The translations under genes were made by a program, and so were the position numbers. DNA of 56,110 nucleotides, from positions 1-56,110 of IMG/VR virus record IMGVR_UViG_3300030098_005697. One strand, given 5' to 3'. This stretch comes from a virus (lineage: Duplodnaviria > Caudoviricetes). This document shows positions 16,273 to 23,096 of this stretch, piece by piece. The notes beneath the pieces were generated by a model. The model was not told the origin of the DNA, did no database searches, and worked only from the letters and a program-made list of their open reading frames with translations. The stretch's first letter is position 1. Every line of letters begins with the position of its first letter.

Positions 16273-17538
16273 TTAAGCGCCCATGTAGGCCTTAATTACA
16301 GGGGCAAACGCCCTCATGGCCGGGGGAACTTTCCCCTTGAGAGCCTTCTTGATGTGGGGTTTCTGAAACTGACCATCGGACATCAAACTCTTCACAGTCC
16401 GAACAATCATGCCCTCCTTCCCAGTGACCTCTTTGGCATTGAGAAGGAAGTCCCATGCGGCAAGCCACGCGGTTGCATCCTTCTCCTGGGCACTCTTCTC
16501 AAGTGCCAGAGAAACCACGTTCTGGCAAATCACCAAGACTTTGTGGTTATCCTTGGCGTACATTTCAAAGATACCTTTGACGGCATCTTTGTCCCCTGCC
16601 ACCCGGAGGCATTCCCTGGGAGATGGCAAATCCCAGTTGGCCTTGAAGGCCAAAAACTGATTGGTGATATGGCTGCTTATGCAGCCTTGGAGCAACTTCA
16701 TCTCGGCATCTGCCAAGATGGAAGCCGGAACCTTCCCCTCTTTTCGAAGGGCTTCACACGCAGTCAGCAGGAAGATGGCTCCCAGCCAAGAGCGAGAGTT
16801 GGCACAGGGACCAGCCTCTCCTAAGAGAACTCCATCCAGGGCATTCTCTGGAGAAGGTTTCGATAGCATGTACTCTCCATTCTTCTCTAAGAACGCCGAG
16901 ACTAATGTCCTGGTAGACACTGCTTCTCGCCTCCAACCGGGAGGGAGGCTTATGATGGGAGGAGTGGGGGTTGGATTGTCTTCACCTCGGGAGAAGGCTT
17001 CAAAGAAGTCCTCTGTATAAGAATCATATTCCTCCCAACTGGGAGCCTTCATGATTAGCTGGCAAAATCTGCTGGCCATCGGCCCTGAGAATTGTTCCCC
17101 AGTTGTACTGCTCTCTGGAGGGTTCAACATCGCTACAATGGCGGTGTTCTTCGGTAGCCGAACTGTTCCCAGTTGTGCCCCTGTGAGCACGTTCTGGAAT
17201 GCACTCTGAACATGCGTTCCACCCTCCACTGCCTCATCGATTATCAGGCATCCTTCCCCAGGCTTCGCTTCCAAAACAGCATCAAATATTCCACTGGGAA
17301 GGAAGCTTGCAACGTTCGCCCCCGGGCGGATGTATGGAATACCCGCTACCGCCTCGGGAATAATTTGTGAGCAACTAAAGTGTGCCCACGTTCGGAACAT
17401 TGCATTGACAATTGCTTTCACACGAGCGCTCTTGCCGACGCCAGGGTCACCAATCAAGGCGACTCCCAGACCCTCTTCAGTTTCCTGTTGTACTCTAAGG
17501 CCGATTTGAAGGGCCATTATTGTTGCTGACATTTTCAT
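16273..17538 (-). CDS. MoxR-like AAA+ ATPase
   Basis: Walker A GDPGVGKS, Walker B LIIDE, sensor-1 AMLNP, arginine finger MASRF, sensor-2 NSRSW. Confidence 0.88.
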   Translation of the reverse strand: MKMSATIMALQIGLRVQQETEEGLGVALIGDPGVGKSARVKAIVNAMFRTWAHFSCSQIIPEAVAGIPYIRPGANVASFLPSGIFDAVLEAKPGEGCLIIDEAVEGGTHVQSAFQNVLTGAQLGTVRLPKNTAIVAMLNPPESSTTGEQFSGPMASRFCQLIMKAPSWEEYDSYTEDFFEAFSRGEDNPTPTPPIISLPPGWRREAVSTRTLVSAFLEKNGEYMLSKPSPENALDGVLLGEAGPCANSRSWLGAIFLLTACEALRKEGKVPASILADAEMKLLQGCISSHITNQFLAFKANWDLPSPRECLRVAGDKDAVKGIFEMYAKDNHKVLVICQNVVSLALEKSAQEKDATAWLAAWDFLLNAKEVTGKEGMIVRTVKSLMSDGQFQKPHIKKALKGKVPPAMRAFAPVIKAYMGA

Positions 17539-17566
17539 TTTTGCTTTCTCCTATACTGACTCGAAA

Positions 17567-17624
17567 TTGAGTACAGTAAAAGGCCCACCAAGCTTTCGAC
17601 TGGTGAGCGATTTGCTGTACTCAA
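17567..17624 (-). ncRNA. Repeated intergenic hairpin, copy 2
   Basis: UUGAGUACAG...CUCACCA/UGGUGGG...CUGUACUCAA, then UUUCGAG as in copy 1. Starts on the upstream UGA. Confidence 0.75.
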
Positions 17625-17818
17625 GCCCTGAAATACTCTCCAAAGAGGAGCACCAACTTCTTCTCCCCAAAGGAAGCCGCTACTAAGTAGTGCTCCCCCA
17701 AAGACCTTCTTACAGCACTGTCTTCAACTGGAACCCAAACAGGTCCCAAGTTCTCCCAGGTCTCTCCGGAGACCTCCAACACTGTGTCTAAGAAGGATGC
17801 CAATGTTTCATGTTTCAT
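17621..17818 (-). CDS. Hypothetical protein
   Basis: 65-aa ORF in the early array. Confidence 0.6.
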   Translation of the reverse strand: MKHETLASFLDTVLEVSGETWENLGPVWVPVEDSAVRRSLGEHYLVAASFGEKKLVLLFGEYFRA

Positions 17819-17839
17819 GTTTATTCTCTCTTGAAAATC

Positions 17840-17915
17840 GGGGTAAACCTACCAAACCGTGTGAACCTGGCAAACCCCTATCAGTGTTTCTGGAGGTCAC
17901 CCCCCAGAAACTGTC
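17840..17915 (-). other. Second repeated intergenic motif, copy A
   Basis: GACA-[stem-loop]-UGAUAGGGG-UUUGCCA-GGUU...CGGUUUG. Similar to 19642-19711. Confidence 0.6.
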
Positions 17916-17942
17916 TCAATGCAACAAAACTAAGAATTCCTT

Positions 17943-18128
17943 TCACTCATCGGGATTCTCCTCTGCCTTGCTACGGCAAAATACACACTCAAAGTGTTTT
18001 GGGTCGATGAATCTTGGGCTCTCAGCCAACTCACGGTCAGCGCAGACCGTGAGTTTGATTGTAAACAAAACGGCGTCCTTGTATTTATTAGTGCGGGATA
18101 CGCACTTAGGATTACTACACCTAAGCAT
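17943..18128 (-). CDS. Small zinc-finger protein
   Basis: MLRCSNPKC...FECVFC. AAGGAG RBS. Confidence 0.7.
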   Translation of the reverse strand: MLRCSNPKCVSRTNKYKDAVLFTIKLTVCADRELAESPRFIDPKHFECVFCRSKAEENPDE

Positions 18129-18174
18129 GAACCTCTCCTTTTTCGTTTCCAAGGGTTGTTGTTGTTTTGGTCTC

Positions 18175-18339
18175 TCAGGCAAGAAGCCTAAGGACCTCCC
18201 AGACACAAACAGACACTGCTAAAGCATTGACTCCCATCAACACAAGAAGCGCTCGAATCTGAGCACTCCCCGAGGACCAGCAATTGGAGAAAGTTAAGAT
18301 GAGCCAGAACCAAATCGGGAGCATTAGAAGGTAGAACAT
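18175..18339 (-). CDS. 54-aa membrane protein (below ORF-track cutoff)
   Basis: MFYLLMLPIWFWLILTF...ALLVLMGVNALAVSVCVW, two hydrophobic stretches. TAATG coupling. Confidence 0.5.
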   Translation of the reverse strand: MFYLLMLPIWFWLILTFSNCWSSGSAQIRALLVLMGVNALAVSVCVWEVLRLLA

Positions 18340-18506
18340 TAGCTGTTCTCCCGGGGAAGAAGACCGGCCTGAAAGGCTTCAATTAACTGGTCAATATTCC
18401 GGTCTTCCTTTTCCAACTTCTCCAAGCGCTCAGTCTCTGTACTGGGAACGCTCCCAGCACAACCGGTTTGAATCTCCCAAATCATTGCTTCATAATTGCT
18501 TGGCAT
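18339..18506 (-). CDS. 55-aa hypothetical protein (below ORF-track cutoff)
   Basis: AAGGAGCAAGCAAA-ATG leader. MPSNYEAMIWEIQTG...LLPRENS. Confidence 0.6.
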   Translation of the reverse strand: MPSNYEAMIWEIQTGCAGSVPSTETERLEKLEKEDRNIDQLIEAFQAGLLPRENS

Positions 18507-18531
18507 TTTGCTTGCTCCTTTGTTTTCCTGC

Positions 18532-18592
18532 TTGATTACAGGCGAGCAACCACCAGAGAGGAACCCCGCTGGTAGTTACCGATTGTATTCAA
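18532..18592 (-). ncRNA. Repeated intergenic hairpin, copy 3
   Basis: UUGAAUACA...GUAACUACCAG/CUGGUGGUUGC...CUGUAAUCAA. Starts on the upstream UGA. Confidence 0.75.
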
Positions 18593-18861
18593 ACAGCTTT
18601 CACATACTCAGGATGGAGAGAAACTTTGATACCTCCATCTCTATCGAGAGAGAAGGCGTCCCCACGAGGGCCATAACCTTCACATAGGTACGGCAAACCC
18701 TGATGCCAAACCGTGATCTGGCCAGCATACGAAGTTACTCTTCCATTGCTGACCGTGTTGTATGACCGGTCTTCCAGTCCCTGAATCTCATCCCAACGAT
18801 TTGAAGCATTCCGGCGGAATGCCTTGGACTTTGCTTTCTCAATAATCTCTTTCTTATTCAT
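18589..18861 (-). CDS. Hypothetical protein
   Basis: 90-aa ORF with AAGGAG RBS. Confidence 0.7.
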   Translation of the reverse strand: MNKKEIIEKAKSKAFRRNASNRWDEIQGLEDRSYNTVSNGRVTSYAGQITVWHQGLPYLCEGYGPRGDAFSLDRDGGIKVSLHPEYVKAV

Positions 18862-18882
18862 CTTTCTTACTCCTTCCCCTGC

Positions 18883-18942
18883 TTGAGTGCAGGCGAGCAG
18901 CCACTAAAGAGTCTCTCCTTAGTAGCTACCGGCTCCACTCAA
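18883..18942 (-). ncRNA. Repeated intergenic hairpin, copy 4
   Basis: UUGAGUGGAG...GUAGCUACUAA/UUAGUGGCUGC...CUGCACUCAA. Starts on the upstream UGA. Confidence 0.75.
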
Positions 18943-19151
18943 ACAGCTATTTCATTGAAGCTCTTTAGTTTCTTGTTGTGTTCTGAAACTTTCAAGGCCT
19001 GGATGGCCAGTTTCAGGTGGCCTTGAATCCGCCGGATTTGGGGGTTCTCTTGGCATCCAGCATACTCAACCAACTCTTCCAACTCTTCCAGCGCCAATTC
19101 AAGGTGCCGCTGAGTGACCGAGTTGAGAGCTTGTTCTCGAAGATTAGACAT
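18939..19151 (-). CDS. Hypothetical helical protein
   Basis: Start MSNLREQ follows GGAGG and overlaps the upstream stop. Confidence 0.6.
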   Translation of the reverse strand: MSNLREQALNSVTQRHLELALEELEELVEYAGCQENPQIRRIQGHLKLAIQALKVSEHNKKLKSFNEIAV

Positions 19152-19566
19152 TGCCAACCTCCAGCTTCCGTTCGAAGCTTCCATCTTTTCCCGTCCAGGA
19201 GCCAGTTGCGTCGGGACCCCATTGCAGGAAAGTTCCCTTTTCCGTGTTGACAAAGCTTCCCTCGGAACTCCATTCAAATCCCCAGGGGCGCAATTTCTCC
19301 TGGACTTCCAGGAGGTCATCCCCCAAAGAGGACTTCAACATCTCCTCCATCCCCATCTTCTTTGCTTCCTGGAAACAGACAAACATGATTTGCGCCGCAA
19401 ACTTGATGGCTTCTTCTCGGTTTCGGTGGTGTGCCTCCCGAAGAACTTTGTCAATCTCTTCGCGCACGAGGTCCACCACATGCCAGGAGATAATCTCCTC
19501 GGCCATAAGGTTCGAAATGGTTTCTTGAAGTTCTCTCAGTTTTCTTTGCTCTGAATATCGAAGCAT
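19144..19566 (-). CDS. Hypothetical protein
   Basis: 140-aa ORF with AGGAGAAAGCAAG-ATG leader, directly downstream of the hammerhead. Confidence 0.7.
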   Translation of the reverse strand: MLRYSEQRKLRELQETISNLMAEEIISWHVVDLVREEIDKVLREAHHRNREEAIKFAAQIMFVCFQEAKKMGMEEMLKSSLGDDLLEVQEKLRPWGFEWSSEGSFVNTEKGTFLQWGPDATGSWTGKDGSFERKLEVGNV

Positions 19567-19587
19567 CTTGCTTTCTCCTATTTGGTT

Positions 19588-19641
19588 GCTGTTTCATCCT
19601 TCTATGGAATCTTCAGTGACCCAGAATCAGGGCCATACAGC
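19588..19641 (-). ncRNA. Type III hammerhead ribozyme
   Basis: GCUGUA^UGGCCC-UGAUUCU-GGGUCA-CUGAAGA-UUCC-AUAGAA-GGAU-GAAACAGC. Full core, stems I-III, GUA triplet, loop I UUCU complementary to loop II AGAA. Confidence 0.85.
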
Positions 19642-19711
19642 GCAAACTCAACAAACCGCAAAAACGTGGCAGACCCCCTATCACTTCTTCGAGGTAGCCC
19701 CTCGAAGTGTC
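19642..19711 (-). other. Second repeated intergenic motif, copy B
   Basis: GACA-[CUUCGAGG/CCUCGAAG]-UGAUAGGGGG-UCUGCCA-CGUU...CGGUUUG. Abuts the hammerhead. Confidence 0.6.
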
Positions 19712-19796
19712 GTTTGTTTGAGATGTTTCCCCAGGAAGGTCCCGGGTTTGGGTCCCCCTGGGGAGGTCCCCAGGGATGGTCTCGATTTTCAGCCAC

Positions 19797-19825
19797 AAGA
19801 AAGGGGGTCCCGAAATGGGACCCCC
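19797..19825 (-). terminator. Intrinsic terminator after the first early gene
   Basis: 9-bp stem GGGGGUCCC/GGGACCCCC followed by UUUCUU. Confidence 0.7.
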
Positions 19826-19852
19826 AGAGAAGGAAGAGAGAAGAGGGAAGCG

Positions 19853-20722
19853 CTACCCCAGGAGACCCTTCTCTTGCGCGGCATTCTGAGCACCAGCCAG
19901 CGCAGCCCGAGCGGCTGCAAGTTGAGCCTCCAACTTCGCAACGGCACTGCGAGAAGCTTCCAACTTCTCCAGTTCTTCGGCCGGGTTGAGTAGACCAACA
20001 GTACCCCCCAGGACCTCCGCAATATCCGCGTCAAGCAAGTCCCACTCAAGACCGTTGTTATCAGTCAGGTCTCCATCGTTTTGAAGTAGTGACCACAAGA
20101 CCTCCCGACACCGGTTGAGAAGGGAAGCGTAGATTGGGTTCACAGGCACCACTTGAGTGGAACCCTTCAGGGCTGCTTTCATCTCCTCAATGTCTGCGCT
20201 GAGGTCTCCTGAAGCGCCCCCAGGGGAGTGCATGGAGAACGTCACGGGGGAGGTCTTGACGGTACCGCACCACTTCCCGAATCCCATCTTGTCGGGGCTA
20301 GCTGCGTTCAAGTTGAAAGCAGGCATCTCCTGAAGTGGCGAGAACATGTGACCCGTAGGGCTACCGTTCACATACTGACGGAACACCAATGCGGTAGCTC
20401 GTTTTGTCTTCAGGCCAGCGGACCCCTTCCGACGTCCCACTTGAACCAGGGACGTGGGAGTCAATGCCCAACCCGAGAAGTCAGGACCGAAAGTAGTCGT
20501 CACCTTGGAGACCTTGGCTCGATTCGCCTCCTGGAGAGCAGCGTGCGCAGCGGCATCTTCCCATGGGTTTGTGACGTCCTCTTGGAGAGCGTCTTCAGGG
20601 GAAGTCTCTGGGGAGGCCTCGGAAGAGGTCTCTTGGGGGGAGGTCTCTGGGGAGGTCTCCAAGAGAGTGTCAAGAAAGGTCGTCTCGGAAGAGGTCTCTT
20701 GGGCGTTGTTGTTGTTGCTCAT
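19853..20722 (-). CDS. First gene of the leftward unit; acidic protein with ETS(P/S) repeats and C-terminal coiled coil
   Basis: GGAGAAAGCA-ATG leader. MSNNNNAQETSSETT...ETSPETSPQETSSEASPETSPED. Confidence 0.75.
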   Translation of the reverse strand: MSNNNNAQETSSETTFLDTLLETSPETSPQETSSEASPETSPEDALQEDVTNPWEDAAAHAALQEANRAKVSKVTTTFGPDFSGWALTPTSLVQVGRRKGSAGLKTKRATALVFRQYVNGSPTGHMFSPLQEMPAFNLNAASPDKMGFGKWCGTVKTSPVTFSMHSPGGASGDLSADIEEMKAALKGSTQVVPVNPIYASLLNRCREVLWSLLQNDGDLTDNNGLEWDLLDADIAEVLGGTVGLLNPAEELEKLEASRSAVAKLEAQLAAARAALAGAQNAAQEKGLLG

Positions 20723-20770
20723 TGCTTTCTCCATTGTCTGGGACGGGTTTTCTGGAGGTCGTCGCCAAAG

Positions 20771-20982
20771 CCATTTTCGGCGCAGACTCCCCCGTCCCCC
20801 GGTCCCCAACGGTGCACCGGACCCCAACCTTATCACACGTCTATAACCCCGTGTTCATCGGCATCGTAGAGGACCCCCCTGAACAGTTGTACAGTGTTTT
20901 ATCCAGTGATTCTCCCATCTTCGGCGTATATCCTCCACTTTCATCTATTCAGACCCCGTGGTCAATCTCGCCATTTTCGGCG
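20771..20982. repeat. Short direct repeats in the strand-switch region
   Basis: CCATYTTCGGCG at 20771, 20915 and 20971. ACCCCGTGKTCA twice (about 20846 and 20953). Confidence 0.65.
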
Positions 20983-21530
20983 TTCTACCGTAGCCCGTGA
21001 CACCACAAAACACCACATGCACCGCGATATCAACTGCCTTGACCCCTTACTTGTCAGGTAATTGTCAAGCCCTATTCTATAGGAGGAACGCCCGATATCG
21101 AGGACCAGCCCATATCAGGCGTTTGTCGGTGTCTATGGCCCGATTGCTTCTAAGCTCTTCCAGGTGTCAAGGTACCTCCAAGACTGTGCAAGCCGTCCAG
21201 CGTGCTATGAGCCGCCTCCCTGGGGGGAGGGTTGGAGGTCTCCTGGTTCGGTCTTTCAGTGCGTGGATTTCAACGGCCGTCAAACAGTGCACCCAGTGTT
21301 CGGGCGCATCCTGGTTGGAGACAAGGGAAGACTGGGCGCCAAGTCGCGCGCTCTCTCCTGCTCTCCTCCCCCGCGCGCGCTCTCCTTCTCTACAGCAGAG
21401 GAGACAACCCCGCGAAAAGAAGAGACGACTTTCATCCTGGGGAAAGAGGGACGAATGGCCTGCCCCCTATCATCCCGTCGGGTAGGCTGCCCAAGGGCAT
21501 CCCCCCTTTGGGGATGGACCATGCCTTTCT

Positions 21531-22463
21531 TTGGAGTCCCGCTCAACAATGAATCAAGTTTCCCGTTTTCAGAATTGTCGATTACCCCCTTCGAAACTGA
21601 TGCATTTCCTATTTCATAGCAAAACTCTGCGAGAATCTGGACTTCCAAAACGGATGATGCTGGATCAATTATGTGCAACGTTCGGGGTGTATCCTCCGAA
21701 GTTTCAAAAAGAGAAAATGTGGAAGATTTCAGTTATCCCGCAGGTCCGAAGGAACATGGATACTCTTCGTGCGCATCTGATGAAGGCTCCGGTGCTCCTG
21801 TCTGGTCTCCTGGACGAGAGGATGTTTGTAGCCCGCCCGGAGTGGACGGAGGCTCAACGGTATGCGTTCAATCTAAAAGCTCCTCCAAGTCCCTATGAGG
21901 TTGCTTGCGCGCTGCTCCAGGCCCCTACGGCTCAGTTCTGGGGATTGGCGAGGGCCAAGGGGTTCAACCGATGCCGGTATAGTATGTTGTTGTGGTGGGT
22001 GGCTGGATTACCCGAGGAGGCCATGATCCATCACCTGGGCATCTCAAGCGATGAGCTTGATTGGAATCTCGCAAAGTGCATCGAGGACTTGATGGAGACA
22101 GACAACTTCTCCTTCTGGGCATTAAATCCATTGATGGATGTAGTCTGCACCACACAGTCGATGAGAGTCATCCTTCGGAGGATGCGAGAGGGGAGGAAAA
22201 CGGGGACTGGTGCGGGGTTGGGGGAGCGAGAAGCGAAGGACCGACTGTTTGCCCATCCGTATTATCGAGCACAGTTGTATTCGGGGAAGAGCGATAACCC
22301 ACAACCCAGGCCCAACTTCACTCCAGGGATTATTTGGGAAACACTCGACGAGCGCAGGAAATGGGAGAGGACTTGGGATGGGAAAGGGCTGGAGTGGCTG
22401 ATGATTCGGAGAAGGATGGTGAGGACATTGGCACCACAGTGGGCACAACTTCCCATTTATTGA
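21531..22463 (+). CDS. Hypothetical protein with possible sigma70 region-4-like HTH (candidate late regulator)
   Basis: LLWWVAGLPEEAMIHHLGISSDELDWNLAKCIEDL. First gene of the rightward unit. Start codon uncertain. Confidence 0.45.
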   Translation: MESRSTMNQVSRFQNCRLPPSKLMHFLFHSKTLRESGLPKRMMLDQLCATFGVYPPKFQKEKMWKISVIPQVRRNMDTLRAHLMKAPVLLSGLLDERMFVARPEWTEAQRYAFNLKAPPSPYEVACALLQAPTAQFWGLARAKGFNRCRYSMLLWWVAGLPEEAMIHHLGISSDELDWNLAKCIEDLMETDNFSFWALNPLMDVVCTTQSMRVILRRMREGRKTGTGAGLGEREAKDRLFAHPYYRAQLYSGKSDNPQPRPNFTPGIIWETLDERRKWERTWDGKGLEWLMIRRRMVRTLAPQWAQLPIY

Positions 22464-22478
22464 TGTTATAGTCAGGCC

Positions 22479-22886
22479 ATGAGTAAGAAGAAGTCCACCC
22501 CTCAGGTCCAGTCCCCTCCCGTTGCTCTGGATTCTCTGCTCGGTGCAGGGAAGGTGCGGGATTTGTCGAACGTTACAGATATCTGTGCAGAAGCAATGAG
22601 CGCACTGCTGCATAAGCAGTTAGGAACTGCCCAATCGAGAGAACTGAGACAGTGGACAGAGTTGATGTTCACTTGCCTCCAGGTGGAGAAGGGTGTTCAC
22701 AGCGATGGAGATGTGAACTACATCACGCAGCTTGTGAATATTGAGGCTGCGAAGATGGAAGCACCACAGATCGTCCAAGTTGAGCCAGCCCAGATAAAAG
22801 ATGTTGGGACTCCGACTGAAGAAATTGTGGAGGCCGAAGTTTCAGACGATGTAGATTGGGATTCCCTGCTACAAGCGACTGCTTAA
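22479..22886 (+). CDS. Hypothetical protein, positional candidate for terminase small subunit
   Basis: 135 aa, helical, acidic tail, upstream of TerL. Confidence 0.4.
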   Translation: MSKKKSTPQVQSPPVALDSLLGAGKVRDLSNVTDICAEAMSALLHKQLGTAQSRELRQWTELMFTCLQVEKGVHSDGDVNYITQLVNIEAAKMEAPQIVQVEPAQIKDVGTPTEEIVEAEVSDDVDWDSLLQATA

Positions 22887-22898
22887 AAGGAGCACAAA

Positions 22899-23096
22899 AT
22901 GCCTACAGATAAACGGTATGCGGATCACCGATTGAGTGCTGTTCGAGAGGCAATGGGAGCAGAGTTTGAGTCTCCGCCAAAACCCCAGCCCGAACGGCAA
23001 GAAGGAGTTGACCCAGAGCCATTGCGTCCTGGAGAAGGTCACCCTCGGACAACTGCTGCAAGAGAGGCGATACACGCCATCAATGAGGCAGTGTGA
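22899..23096 (+). CDS. Hypothetical protein
   Basis: AAGGAG RBS and GTGA overlap with TerL. Confidence 0.55.
   Translation: MPTDKRYADHRLSAVREAMGAEFESPPKPQPERQEGVDPEPLRPGEGHPRTTAAREAIHAINEAV

Noticed and set aside
13722-18942. UGA-plus-hairpin elements as SECIS or read-through signals fusing adjacent genes
   Set aside because: Stop-to-next-start offsets are 89, 85, 85 and 80 nt, none in frame, and the UGA is buried in the stem.
13722-18942. Same elements as a CRISPR array or true integron attC sites
   Set aside because: Copies are divergent and separated by whole genes. There is no RYYYAAC/GTTRRRY core and no tyrosine recombinase or cas operon.
20997-21678. Overlapping 106-162 aa ORFs in the strand-switch region, and the many antisense ORFs elsewhere in the track
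   Set aside because: No protein-like motifs, mostly no convincing RBS, and mutually overlapping or shadowing well-supported genes.
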